From IMG/VR virus record IMGVR_UViG_3300025712_000001: a stretch of DNA of 58,105 nt. One strand, written 5' to 3'. Below the pieces are notes generated by a model. That model saw only the letters and a program-made list of their open reading frames with translations. It was not told the origin of the DNA and made no database searches. The position numbers were made by a program, and so were the translations under genes. Source of the DNA: a virus. This document shows, one piece after another, positions 36,601 through 45,012 of this stretch. Within the stretch, counting starts at the first letter, position 1; the number at the start of each line of letters is the position of its first letter.

Positions 36601-37966
36601 GTATAGGGTTTAAATTATTATAAAAGTATTCTCTTATCTTACCATCAGATAAAGATTGTATATTTCCTGGGTTACCTGAAAAAGTATAGAGATCATTGTT
36701 ACCCACAACGAAATGTTTACCATCATATTCCATAACTGAGCCACGGCTTAAGCAACCATACTCATCAGTAACTGGACCGAACTGCACAGGTATATTAACA
36801 TTACCTGTTAGTCTCATAACGTGTATACTATTTGTACTATAGATATACATGTTACCTTGTAATGATTTCATTTCAGTAATAACGTTTGTTTCAGATAATG
36901 TAAATTCATCAGCTGTACTAACGCCAGCTGCAAACGGATCCCAGTTATTAGGTACAGCGCCTGGCACTGCTACATCTGATGTCTTAACAACACCTGATAA
37001 TCGTCTAACAACCTCGCCATTGGCACTACTTTTTTCTGTTAAGTCTCCAGCGACTAGTAAACTACCAAATGATTGTATAATACCTGCAGTTACATTAACA
37101 GGTACACGAGATTTTATTTTAACTATAACTTCATTACCATCAGCCATACCACCTATATAACATATAGTTGTATTAGTGGCTGCGTCATTATATAATTGAA
37201 AATTAGTAGCACCGACCGATGGCAGGCTCGTGTAAGCTGGTAAAGCACCTGGCACAAAGTTGGCTGTGTTTACAGTACCTGAACCTGCTGGCGTACCTAC
37301 TTGTGCAGTTCTTGCAGCGGCTGCTACAGTAACTTCAACAGATGTATTTACAAAATCTACTTTTTGTCCTAAATCAAATGTTAGTATGTTACCTGTACTA
37401 AATGTATCTGTAATAACAGTAGAGTTAACATCATACCCATCCCAGCCAGGTAACTCAGCTAATACTAGATTAGCGATATTAGTATTACCTGGAGTATCTA
37501 ATATATAATGTGGTCTGTCAATTCCATTATTAATAATAAAAGCAAATCCACCTGAGAATATAGTGTGCTGCCAGCCTGTAATAGTAAACGTAAATCCGTT
37601 TGTCATAGCAGCAGGTGTTATATCTCGCTTAGTTCCTGTGTGATCTTGCACATATATCTTTTGTCCAACAACTATATTAGCTCTAACATAGTCTACTACC
37701 CATATATAGTAGCAACCAGTAGGAGTTCTGTTAGGACTTTCCCATACAGCGAAGTATCTTACTTGTCCAAAAGTTTCGTTAGCTGGTACTAAATCTTCTG
37801 TGATGTCATTAAGTAATAACTCACCTGATATTTTTCTAACAGCACCGTCTTTAAATCTAACGTTACGTACATCTGTAAATACATTAGGACTTAATGCAAC
37901 TGGAGGAGTATCAATGACCACTCCTTGTGATGCTATATCTGTAACAGAAATAATTTCTTCTGCCAT
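33683..37966 (-). CDS. Tail nozzle / tail tubular protein B-like protein with a large repeat-rich central insertion, 1427 aa
   Basis: The N-terminus (QGVVIDTPPVALSPNVFTDVRNVRFKDGAVRKISG) and C-terminus (RFLNYRI...AWNVSGLQLRVTKGG) resemble podovirus gp12-type proteins. WNYRDNTWTIRD suggests a propeller-like blade. Residues ~500-1200 are Ala/Thr/Gly-rich repeats. Confidence 0.45.
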   Translation of the reverse strand: MAEEIISVTDIASQGVVIDTPPVALSPNVFTDVRNVRFKDGAVRKISGELLLNDITEDLVPANETFGQVRYFAVWESPNRTPTGCYYIWVVDYVRANIVVGQKIYVQDHTGTKRDITPAAMTNGFTFTITGWQHTIFSGGFAFIINNGIDRPHYILDTPGNTNIANLVLAELPGWDGYDVNSTVITDTFSTGNILTFDLGQKVDFVNTSVEVTVAAAARTAQVGTPAGSGTVNTANFVPGALPAYTSLPSVGATNFQLYNDAATNTTICYIGGMADGNEVIVKIKSRVPVNVTAGIIQSFGSLLVAGDLTEKSSANGEVVRRLSGVVKTSDVAVPGAVPNNWDPFAAGVSTADEFTLSETNVITEMKSLQGNMYIYSTNSIHVMRLTGNVNIPVQFGPVTDEYGCLSRGSVMEYDGKHFVVGNNDLYTFSGNPGNIQSLSDGKIREYFYNNLNPIHEAKMFTLLNHHENEIWVCYPTLASFRGECDEALLWNYRDNTWTIRDLNNVVSGGTGPIKGGGVPTATIAITGNSGNAGYTNVGRRETQAVTINGSTPKATIGTKAIKTVAVGTFSNFTTDVLEVVDLTVTGTTGPNVVNAVNTLTFPAAATFTYDRDGSTYLDGGASAVINGDASIGNASFPAITILGTNQADGATINMTTFVAAVKDYINNNNAFADFTATASTNVLTLTSDQPGARVFTTSTFAISGGTTSNLTIASSTAGVGVYGITAALSPAISMQITAPAVAGVHAAIDETVLTAINLSNQAAIQADIVTKLQAITVFNGSNSAIYSVDTSGGVIRFTAINGGNYGALTIAFSTAYSGTSYTETTFGGNLTSNVSVVTTGVDNNQPQPLMTVSFPDGTTTDSVILTGTQTRATVVAAISTIINSNASWSTTTGTGLVTATAAAVGLQSSNFDVTITSIGALPAGFASSTFTEAQTRAGVAAASTTDTITLTPPLGSAVTVNFDNTSTYPAYDPDTGGSTASVTATEIATALQAAWNASASSTAHFSVVRAGAVLTFTSVSRDDIVGEFSYSVAPGDTRTGTLVSPLITNSVAGNITVTAGIASIFSKMTRVTITINTASGSSVIFDRHYGEGPGRLLDPDFTAGISDSTYGDSGVTSDAAYLNLYYDPAKDLDRTNTSEQAKPNGTVTDTQTALLKVLTDVSTQDALELTPDSTSAPTNILINPRQFGIAANYVTGLSPNTEVVASRVAPTTAQILAVAIGNTVATTAPTFDNTGTTISTAFDIVRSWADTQVNPNEIFPIFAQSGYVSGVLFNRLRAADLGYDFGGTAYISYAEREQMSITPNFDTETLGSLALWADGGTIATVGGTPQRATLQVRARATNNPGELPYLTTAEDDTQTDARRNKLTVNDFVVGSSYKTDLRSTGRFLNYRIDDAAASTSAGYTGSNTRAWNVSGLQLRVTKGGAK

Positions 37967-37987
37967 GTCACTCCTCCGTTTTAAATA

Positions 37988-39703
37988 TTAAGAACATTCT
38001 CTTTGTCCAGTTTGAGGGTCTATGAAGCACGCTTCGACTGGTCCCTCTTCTTTTGCCATTTCTACAGTTTCTTCTATAGTATTAAGTATGCCAAATCTTT
38101 TACCTGACATGCGGAATGTAGTGCAGCCTTTTGCCCCACCTTTCCATGCGTCAACATATACTTGTTTAAAGTCTTCATATGAGGTATCATCTCCAACGTT
38201 ACATGTCTTTGAACATGCTGAGTCTACATAATGCTGTGCTAATAATAGAACAGCTAAGTGATCTTGTACCGATATATCGTTTGCTGATCGGCCTTTTACT
38301 CCACGTGCGTATGCATAATCCTCCACGTTTTCCGTTTTAGGACCATCAAACGTTTGAATAATGCGTTCATAAGCATGGCTAAAAGTTGGCTCAATACCAC
38401 CACTAACATTATCAGCCACAAGGCTAATGGTACCAGTGGGAGCGATAGAAATAAGATGGCTATTGCGAATGCCATTTTCACGTATCTCCTTTTTTACAGA
38501 CGCAGGTAAAGTGCGAATGAAGTTTGATTGTAAATATTCTTCCCTATAAAGTGGGAAACATCCCTTAATACCAGCTAGTTTTGCTGATGCTTTATAGCAG
38601 TTGTCTCGTAAACATGCAAATATTTTTTCAGCCCATACGAGGAACTCAGGAGACGCATAAGGCATCCCTAACATTTCCCCTGCATTAGCTAAGCCAGTAA
38701 CGCCAAGCCCCATTCTACGCTTGTCTTTGGCTTCGTCAGACTGCTGCTTGAGTGGGTATATGGTTCTGTCTATAACATTATCCATAGCTTGCACTACAAT
38801 CGGTATATCTTCTTTAAACTGTTTAAAATTAAATGTATTGTCGACTATATATTTGGTTAAATTAAACGAGCCTAAAAGGCACGCACCATAAGGTGGAAGC
38901 GGTTGCTCACCACATGGATTTGTAGCTACTATCTCTTCACAATAGAAAAGATTATTCATCTCACTTATACGGTCAATAAATAATACACCCGGTTCAGCCC
39001 AGTCCCAAGTCGATTCCATAACGGAGTCCCATAGTTCACGCGCTGATATTGTTTTGTATTCGATTCCCTCATAGCTGAGTTGAAAATCATCATTCCCGTC
39101 ATTGGTTAAGGCCTCCATAAATTTGTCAGTGATACCTACACTAATATTAAAACCAGTAAGCTTATCAGAATTACGTTTAGCAGCAATGAATTCCTCAATG
39201 TCCGGGTGATCGATCCTGAGGACACCCATCTGCGCCCCACGTCTGTGTCCCGAGCTAGCGATGGTTTGACACACAGCATCAAAGATACCCATGAAGGATA
39301 TAGGACCGCTAGACTGGCTATCGAGTGATTTAATTTTGTCGCCTCTTGGTCTGATCTTACTAAAATCATAACCAATGCCACCGCCTCTACGCATTGTTTC
39401 AGCTGCTTCACTTGCTTTCTCCATGATACTATGCATGCTATCTTCTATTGTACCTGATACAAAGCAGTTATATGCTGTGGTAATTCTATTAGATCCTACT
39501 GAAGATTGTACTCTACCTGCTGGTAGAAATCGCATTGTACCTAAAATATCTTCCAGACTATACTGATGCTCTTTGTCATCAGCCAAAGCTCTTGCTATTC
39601 TTTTTATTTTATCGTTAAAGCTTTCCCCTTTTTGCCTATACTTCATCTCATCGATCTCTTGTGATAGCGAAGTTACTGGTCCAGGATAGTCTATATTGTG
39701 CAT
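37988..39703 (-). CDS. nrdJ: Ribonucleotide reductase, class II (adenosylcobalamin-dependent) type, 571 aa
   Basis: NPCGEQPLPPYGACLLGSFNL active-site loop; ISIAPTGTISL; C-terminal Cys pair. No beta subunit gene anywhere in the genome. Confidence 0.85.
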   Translation of the reverse strand: MHNIDYPGPVTSLSQEIDEMKYRQKGESFNDKIKRIARALADDKEHQYSLEDILGTMRFLPAGRVQSSVGSNRITTAYNCFVSGTIEDSMHSIMEKASEAAETMRRGGGIGYDFSKIRPRGDKIKSLDSQSSGPISFMGIFDAVCQTIASSGHRRGAQMGVLRIDHPDIEEFIAAKRNSDKLTGFNISVGITDKFMEALTNDGNDDFQLSYEGIEYKTISARELWDSVMESTWDWAEPGVLFIDRISEMNNLFYCEEIVATNPCGEQPLPPYGACLLGSFNLTKYIVDNTFNFKQFKEDIPIVVQAMDNVIDRTIYPLKQQSDEAKDKRRMGLGVTGLANAGEMLGMPYASPEFLVWAEKIFACLRDNCYKASAKLAGIKGCFPLYREEYLQSNFIRTLPASVKKEIRENGIRNSHLISIAPTGTISLVADNVSGGIEPTFSHAYERIIQTFDGPKTENVEDYAYARGVKGRSANDISVQDHLAVLLLAQHYVDSACSKTCNVGDDTSYEDFKQVYVDAWKGGAKGCTTFRMSGKRFGILNTIEETVEMAKEEGPVEACFIDPQTGQRECS

Positions 39704-39739
39704 GTTAATATTCCCCTATTAAATTTGATGTGCCTTCCT

Positions 39740-39757
39740 CTTATAGGAGACATTTAA
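39740..39757 (-). promoter_or_regulatory. T7-promoter-like 18-mer, copy D, 37 nt upstream of the RNR ATG
   Basis: The minus strand reads TTAAATGTCTCCTATAAG followed by AGGAAGG. Confidence 0.45.
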
Positions 39758-39765
39758 TAGGGAGT

Positions 39766-40548
39766 TTATTTACCTAGTAACGGATTAACAAGAGCTTTCT
39801 TTATCTTAGTATCTAGCTCTGATTTTAAACCATCAACAAATTTTCTATTCTCTCTTATCATGTTATCTATAAGCACTTGCGTCTCTGCAATCTTAGCATC
39901 TAATCTATCTACTACTTTATCTCTACGTTCTTCACTACTAGCTATAAGACCTCTAACTATAGTAACGTTATTAGAGCTTGCTTTAGTAATATCTTCAGAT
40001 GATTGTCTATTACGATCGTCTTGTTTTGATAGTTTATCTTCTTGCTCTTCAATTAATTCTCTATTACGTTCATCTTGTTTAGCAAGTCTAGCTTCTTGTT
40101 TATCAATATCACTATTAACTTTATCTATAGATTTATCTAATACATCATTACTGTGTGCTATATCTTGATTCAAGTCCATACGTAAATCGTGTAAGTCTGT
40201 CTGCAGTTTAGCAGCAGTAGCTTTAATACTATTAACTTGCTCGCGTATAACAGCAGATGTAGCATCGTCTATATTTTTTAACGAGGTTAACTCAGTCTCA
40301 AGTATCTCTTGTACTGATATAAATTCTGCTTCAAGTAGTTCAAACTTACCCTCTGTCTTAACCATAAAATTATCTATGTGTGACAAATCAGGTGATACAA
40401 AGTTTGCAATCTTTTCTTCCATGGCGATATAACGTGTATACGCTTCAAAGCCTGCCCATAGCCCACCACCTATTGTACCAAGTAACGGTATAATAAGTAG
40501 CAGTTTGCTGCCGCCTACTTTTATTCCCTTATATTCTACTTCTGCCAT
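39766..40548 (-). CDS. Membrane-anchored coiled-coil protein, 260 aa (i-spanin-like topology)
   Basis: N-terminal TM segment LLLIIPLLGTIGGGLWAGF, then a long coiled coil with an internal repeat KQDERNRELIEEQEDKLSKQDDRNRQ. AAGGAG SD. Confidence 0.5.
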   Translation of the reverse strand: MAEVEYKGIKVGGSKLLLIIPLLGTIGGGLWAGFEAYTRYIAMEEKIANFVSPDLSHIDNFMVKTEGKFELLEAEFISVQEILETELTSLKNIDDATSAVIREQVNSIKATAAKLQTDLHDLRMDLNQDIAHSNDVLDKSIDKVNSDIDKQEARLAKQDERNRELIEEQEDKLSKQDDRNRQSSEDITKASSNNVTIVRGLIASSEERRDKVVDRLDAKIAETQVLIDNMIRENRKFVDGLKSELDTKIKKALVNPLLGK

Positions 40549-40559
40549 AGCAAACTCCT

Positions 40560-42203
40560 TTATTTATATTGCAGATCTATTAGATCACTCATAGTTCCAC
40601 CATCATCAACATACATTAAATATGCTGCGACGTTATTATCTGGGATATTACTATCTGGTAATACCTCGCTTGTAAAGAATCCTTCTATTTCTTTAAATTG
40701 CTTAGATACAAAAAAGCTTTTAGTATCAGCTATAACATTCATAATAATTAAAGTCTTTAACTGATTACCTGAATCATACCTACTTGCGTCGCCCATATCT
40801 TTAACAAGTTTACTGCCAGCTTTCTGCTTAGCAATTTTCTTCTGAACTTTAACAGGCTCTTCTTTTTTATCTACAACTTTAATTTCTTTAGGTTTTTCTT
40901 TAACTTCTTTAATTTCTTCCGTAGGCTCTTCTTTTACTTCTTCCTTTACATCAGGTTCCGGATCATTATTAGGCTCATCCACGGGCTCAGGTTCTGGCTC
41001 TGGTTTAGCTTCTACCTCAGGCTCTGGTTCTGGCTTTACCTCAGTTACCTGCATTTCAGGCTCCGGTTTTTCTACATTAGTAGATGGAGCTATATCAGGC
41101 TCTGGTTGTTTAGGCATATCTGGAGGTGGCATTACTTCTAAATCCATTTCAATTTCAATATCTGATACGTTTATATCTGGCATATCAAATTCAATTTCAA
41201 AATCTGGTAATTCAAATTCCATTTCAAAGTCTACTTCAAATGTAGGCATATCTAATTCTGTTTCAATAGTATCATAAGATATATCTTCATTAGGTTCTAT
41301 TGGTTCAAAATACATATCACCATCTGTAGGTTCTACTATATCGTTATGATCAAATATATCTTTAACGATCTCTATCTCTGTCTCAGTAGCTCCATCATTG
41401 TTATATACGTATTGCTCAACAGTAGTAATTGTTTGTAATACAATAGTACTTATTACATTATATAGTACATTTACACTAACGTCGTCGAATAACGGCCCTA
41501 TCGCTAAGTTAATATCTCGACCACCTATCTCTACTATTATTGTAGTAAGACTATCTGCAAAGTCGAATGCGCCTGTATATTCAGCATAACCTGAATTAAC
41601 ACCAGATGCTGATAGCACGTCAGTTCCTGCAAAGCTTACAGCAGATCCGTTAGTACCTGTGATATGCATGTATATACTATCACTTGAATCTTGCTTATCT
41701 ACTTTTATACTATATGTAGTCTTACCGCCTTTAGTTATATTTAAATCTGATATATCTATAGTCTGTATAAATGTTGAACCCATATTAGGCACACCCATTG
41801 TAGATGTTGTATTACCACTACCGGTTATTGATGCGCACTTATCTGTTCCTAGCGCGCCACATCCTGTGCCACTTGGCATAGAAGCGGGTCCTTCACCGCC
41901 CCAGTCTGAATCCATATCTCCTTCTTTAGTAGAAGCCACAAATCCATTATCACCATCAAGAATATCACCTGAGTCTGTATTAGTAACTGTAACCGTAGTT
42001 GTGTCTACTACAGTAACGGTAGTTGTTAAAGTACCTTGCCCATCATTCTGAGAAGTCTCAGTTATAGTTTCTACAATTGTTTCTAATACAGATGGATCAC
42101 ATAGACCCACAGTACCTGATGGACATGGCTCAGCTGCGTTAGAGGAGTAAGACCATAAGGAGCAAGCCAAGAGGGTTAGCCCAAATACGTTTCTTATCTG
42201 CAT
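40560..42203 (-). CDS. Secreted acidic protein with a Pro-Glu / Pro-Lys linker, 547 aa
   Basis: Signal peptide MQIRNVFGLTLLACSLWSYSSNA-AEP. Tract PEPEPEVEAKPEPEPEPVDEPNNDPEPDVKEEVKEEPTEEIKEVKEKPKEIK. Confidence 0.55.
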   Translation of the reverse strand: MQIRNVFGLTLLACSLWSYSSNAAEPCPSGTVGLCDPSVLETIVETITETSQNDGQGTLTTTVTVVDTTTVTVTNTDSGDILDGDNGFVASTKEGDMDSDWGGEGPASMPSGTGCGALGTDKCASITGSGNTTSTMGVPNMGSTFIQTIDISDLNITKGGKTTYSIKVDKQDSSDSIYMHITGTNGSAVSFAGTDVLSASGVNSGYAEYTGAFDFADSLTTIIVEIGGRDINLAIGPLFDDVSVNVLYNVISTIVLQTITTVEQYVYNNDGATETEIEIVKDIFDHNDIVEPTDGDMYFEPIEPNEDISYDTIETELDMPTFEVDFEMEFELPDFEIEFDMPDINVSDIEIEMDLEVMPPPDMPKQPEPDIAPSTNVEKPEPEMQVTEVKPEPEPEVEAKPEPEPEPVDEPNNDPEPDVKEEVKEEPTEEIKEVKEKPKEIKVVDKKEEPVKVQKKIAKQKAGSKLVKDMGDASRYDSGNQLKTLIIMNVIADTKSFFVSKQFKEIEGFFTSEVLPDSNIPDNNVAAYLMYVDDGGTMSDLIDLQYK

Positions 42204-42819
42204 CTTGAAACTCCCTAGCTTGAGCTCGCGATTGCGCTAAAGCTTCTTTATGTTTATTCTTAAGTTCTTTATCAGCAGCTATTTTATCTAACCGTATTTT
42301 ATCAGCTGCTATAATAGCCTCTTCATCTCTAGCAATTATAGCTATCTCTTCACGTAATCTTATCTCAGATTCTTCAGGTATAAACTCTACGTTCTTTTGC
42401 CACATAAGTTTAGCTTCATCACCGATCTTACCCATAAACGGGCAGGGAGTTCCAGACATCCACATACTATCAAAGACCCTAGGATCTTGACAGAGAGTCG
42501 ATACTGCAGCCACCTTCATACCCATAGCATACAAAGATCTAGACAGCTTAAGTCTTTCACAATTTTTATCAGTGATTGTTATACCACTAGCTATACCTAG
42601 TACCTGTGTCTGTATAGATGCTGCAGCTCCTGACTTACATATATCAGAGTTATTAACTACTACTGAAGGTGCATTAGCTGTAGGCGGTGCTTTATCTGTT
42701 ACAACAGTTGAACTGACTGTATTAGAATCTGCAGACCAAGCTTTCGTTATCATCAGCGGTGTCATAAAGCCTGCAAGTAAAGCTGCAAAGGCTATTGAGA
42801 AAAGTAATTTACGTGTCAT
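42139..42819 (-). CDS. Secreted / periplasmic protein, 226 aa
   Basis: Signal peptide MTRKLLFSIAFAALLAGFMTPLMITKAWS-ADS. The 3' end overlaps the next gene by 65 nt. Confidence 0.5.
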   Translation of the reverse strand: MTRKLLFSIAFAALLAGFMTPLMITKAWSADSNTVSSTVVTDKAPPTANAPSVVVNNSDICKSGAAASIQTQVLGIASGITITDKNCERLKLSRSLYAMGMKVAAVSTLCQDPRVFDSMWMSGTPCPFMGKIGDEAKLMWQKNVEFIPEESEIRLREEIAIIARDEEAIIAADKIRLDKIAADKELKNKHKEALAQSRAQAREFQDADKKRIWANPLGLLLMVLLL

Positions 42820-42820
42820 A

Positions 42821-43252
42821 TTAAAAATCCCTCATTTTGCCTATCTTATTAAGTAGCATTTCCTGCTGTTTCTGTAATTGCTTTTCTTCTGGTCTACGCT
42901 TACGCATACCTAAGTATCCGGTTAAAAACCATATTACTAAGAGTAGTATTCCTATACCTACCATATGCTGCATGAAGTTTGCAATAGCGAAAGTCATAAG
43001 TTCATAAAAAGAATTTATTTCACCATCAGCTCCACCATAATCTGCTACTTGCAGTGGAGCATCATCCATCGCTACTCCTCCCGCAATGGCACCGCCTGCA
43101 GTTATTCCAGCAATGACTACAGGATTCGAAGTTACAGTAGCCGCAACAACCGCTGCTCCAGTAGCGCCAGCGCCCGTAACAATATCTGATAGGTCTAAGC
43201 TCGAGCACGCGGCTAATGTAAGCGTTAACCAAATTAATAACATCCATTTCAT
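42821..43252 (-). CDS. Lipoprotein with a C-terminal transmembrane segment (unimolecular-spanin-like), 143 aa
   Basis: I prefer ATG 43252 (ATGA overlap with the upstream stop). MKWMLLIWLTLTLAAC contains a lipobox. C-terminal TM segment VGIGILLLVIWFLTGYLGM. The track start is 43276. Confidence 0.4.
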   Translation of the reverse strand: MKWMLLIWLTLTLAACSSLDLSDIVTGAGATGAAVVAATVTSNPVVIAGITAGGAIAGGVAMDDAPLQVADYGGADGEINSFYELMTFAIANFMQHMVGIGILLLVIWFLTGYLGMRKRRPEEKQLQKQQEMLLNKIGKMRDF

Positions 43253-43440
43253 ACTCCTTCTCCTAGGCTTATACATTTAAATCCCATAGGAAAATGTAAG
43301 GGTATAGCCCAATTATCTTTAATTTCAGTGGCACGAGTCGCACACTGTTCTATTGTTGTGTAAGGACCTAAGTCATCTTTAATTTGAAAACAATTATAAG
43401 GTGATACAAGTACACATATCAGTAGCACCGCTGTATACAT
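43249..43440 (-). CDS. Small exported Cys-containing protein, 63 aa
   Basis: Internal ATG 43440 forms a TAATG overlap with the upstream stop. The product starts MYTAVLLICVLVSPYNCFQ, which is signal- or TM-like. Confidence 0.4.
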   Translation of the reverse strand: MYTAVLLICVLVSPYNCFQIKDDLGPYTTIEQCATRATEIKDNWAIPLHFPMGFKCISLGEGV

Positions 43441-43670
43441 TATCCACCTATAATCCCTATCAGTCCCATGATTCCCATTTGATCTGCTACTACAAAGACA
43501 GCAGCACCAACAGCAAACCATTTAATTTGTATTAATGTTTTATGAATAGAATATAAAGATACTTTCAATTCTTTTGACACTGAGCGTAACTCTTTTATAG
43601 ATTCATCGTGACGATCTAACGTCCACTCTAATTTATTTATACGGGTTTCTATATCCATCTTATGGTTCAC
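43440..43670 (-). CDS. XhlA-like membrane protein (candidate holin or lysis factor), 76 aa
   Basis: N-terminal coiled coil IETRINKLEWTLDRHDESIKELRSVSKELK, then a C-terminal TM segment WFAVGAAVFVVADQMGIMGLIGIIGG. Confidence 0.4.
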   Translation of the reverse strand: MNHKMDIETRINKLEWTLDRHDESIKELRSVSKELKVSLYSIHKTLIQIKWFAVGAAVFVVADQMGIMGLIGIIGG

Positions 43671-44035
43671 TCCTCATCTTGAGGATTAATTATCCAAGTT
43701 GTCTCTGATTCATCCCAAGCATATTCGTTGTTATCTGAGGGATAAGGTACTGGAGCTTCCCATATACATGTAGTCTCATTTAATACCCAAGAAGGGAACT
43801 TTTTAGGTTCTATAAAAGCATCTCTAGTAGAATCATAAGTGTAATCTATACCAGCAAAATTCTTACGAAAAGTTTTATTGTAAGATGTTTGAACCCAATT
43901 ACCACCTAACAGATCCTTACAGAACTGCACTCCTATTGCCTCTGACTCATTCCCATCTTCATCAAGTATGTCGCTGTTATCTACAACTATTACTCGAGTC
44001 ACTAGGTTGCTTTCTATTTGTGCAAAATGTGCCAT
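43667..44035 (-). CDS. Conserved hypothetical phage protein, 122 aa
   Basis: ORF track; ATGA overlap downstream. Confidence 0.55.
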   Translation of the reverse strand: MAHFAQIESNLVTRVIVVDNSDILDEDGNESEAIGVQFCKDLLGGNWVQTSYNKTFRKNFAGIDYTYDSTRDAFIEPKKFPSWVLNETTCIWEAPVPYPSDNNEYAWDESETTWIINPQDEE

Positions 44036-44043
44036 ATTTCCTC

Positions 44044-45012
44044 CTATTGATACTGATATCTTATCACGACAATTCCAGAGCCACCACTAAAAGATCCGTT
44101 GCTCAGTCGCGCACCACCAGCTCCACCACCAGTGTTTGCTGTACCGTTAGTACCACCATTTGCGCCGCCACCTCTAGCATTTGAACCACGACCGCCGCCG
44201 CCAGAGCCGCCTAATCCGCCACCTTGAGAGGCGTATTCTCCACAACCGCCGCCGCCGCCACCGTAAGTGCTGCCATTTAACCATTGCGAACCATTACCAC
44301 CATAGCCACCACTTGTGGAGGATGAGTTGGAACCAACAGCACTAGCACCACCGCCGCCGCCACCAGTGCCACCTCGCGTACTGACACCACCGTTGTTACC
44401 TTGCCCTGATATACCAGTGCCAACAGTAGAAGATGACGAGCAAGTTCCGCTACCAGAACCCCCATTTTTACCGTGACACGAACCATTCCATGAACTACCG
44501 CCGCCACCACCAGTAGAGGAAGTTCCAAAGGCAGAACTAGCATTACCATTATTACTGTAGTAGCTAGTAGCAGCTGGAGCGCCTGCGCCGATAACCACTG
44601 AGTAACTTGCTACACTCTTAGATTGTGAAGCTAAAGCTTGATAGCCCCCAGCACCAGCACCACTTGAGTTATCTACTGAACTGCCACCACCTCCTGCAAC
44701 TACTACATAATCAATTCCACCACCCGCAGAATTAGCTGCGGTTTGAATGGCAAAAGTTCCTGATCCTGTAAAGGTGTGATATTTGTAGTTTCCAGATGTG
44801 GTTACCGTTCCGCCTGTAGCAGCATAGAAAACCTGATTCTGTGCGCCATGGAAATTTGAGAGAGAAATTGCACCAGACGTGGGTACATTTGTATTATTTG
44901 AAGTGGTATAAGCCCCGCCTCTATAGTATTCACTTAAAGAATGAGGGGCACTGCCACCAAATTCAGCGGCAATCTGCGCTAGTGTTATTGTACCGCTACT
45001 TGGTAAAGCCAT
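44044..45012 (-). CDS. Glycine-rich structural protein, 322 aa
   Basis: The N-terminus GTITLAQIAAEFGGSAPHSLSEYYRGG is followed by long poly-Gly tracts. It lies directly downstream of the fibre genes. Confidence 0.55.
   Translation of the reverse strand: MALPSSGTITLAQIAAEFGGSAPHSLSEYYRGGAYTTSNNTNVPTSGAISLSNFHGAQNQVFYAATGGTVTTSGNYKYHTFTGSGTFAIQTAANSAGGGIDYVVVAGGGGSSVDNSSGAGAGGYQALASQSKSVASYSVVIGAGAPAATSYYSNNGNASSAFGTSSTGGGGGSSWNGSCHGKNGGSGSGTCSSSSTVGTGISGQGNNGGVSTRGGTGGGGGGASAVGSNSSSTSGGYGGNGSQWLNGSTYGGGGGGCGEYASQGGGLGGSGGGGRGSNARGGGANGGTNGTANTGGGAGGARLSNGSFSGGSGIVVIRYQYQ

Noticed and set aside
35990-37991. Several + strand ORFs (36026.., 36045.., 36849.., 37260.., 37565.., 37800..) opposite the 1427-aa gene.
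   Set aside because: They are antisense shadow ORFs in a Thr/Ala/Gly-rich coding region, with no SD or coupling signals.
43441-43521. Cys-rich N-terminal extension MVCCWCCCLCSS... of ORF 43249..43521.
   Set aside because: It overlaps the XhlA-like gene in another frame. Internal ATG 43440 forms a TAATG coupling junction and yields a normal signal-like N-terminus.
44277-44549. 90-aa ORF in another frame of the glycine-rich gene.
   Set aside because: It is a frame-shifted reading of GGN repeats (Val/Met/Leu-rich product) with no independent signals.
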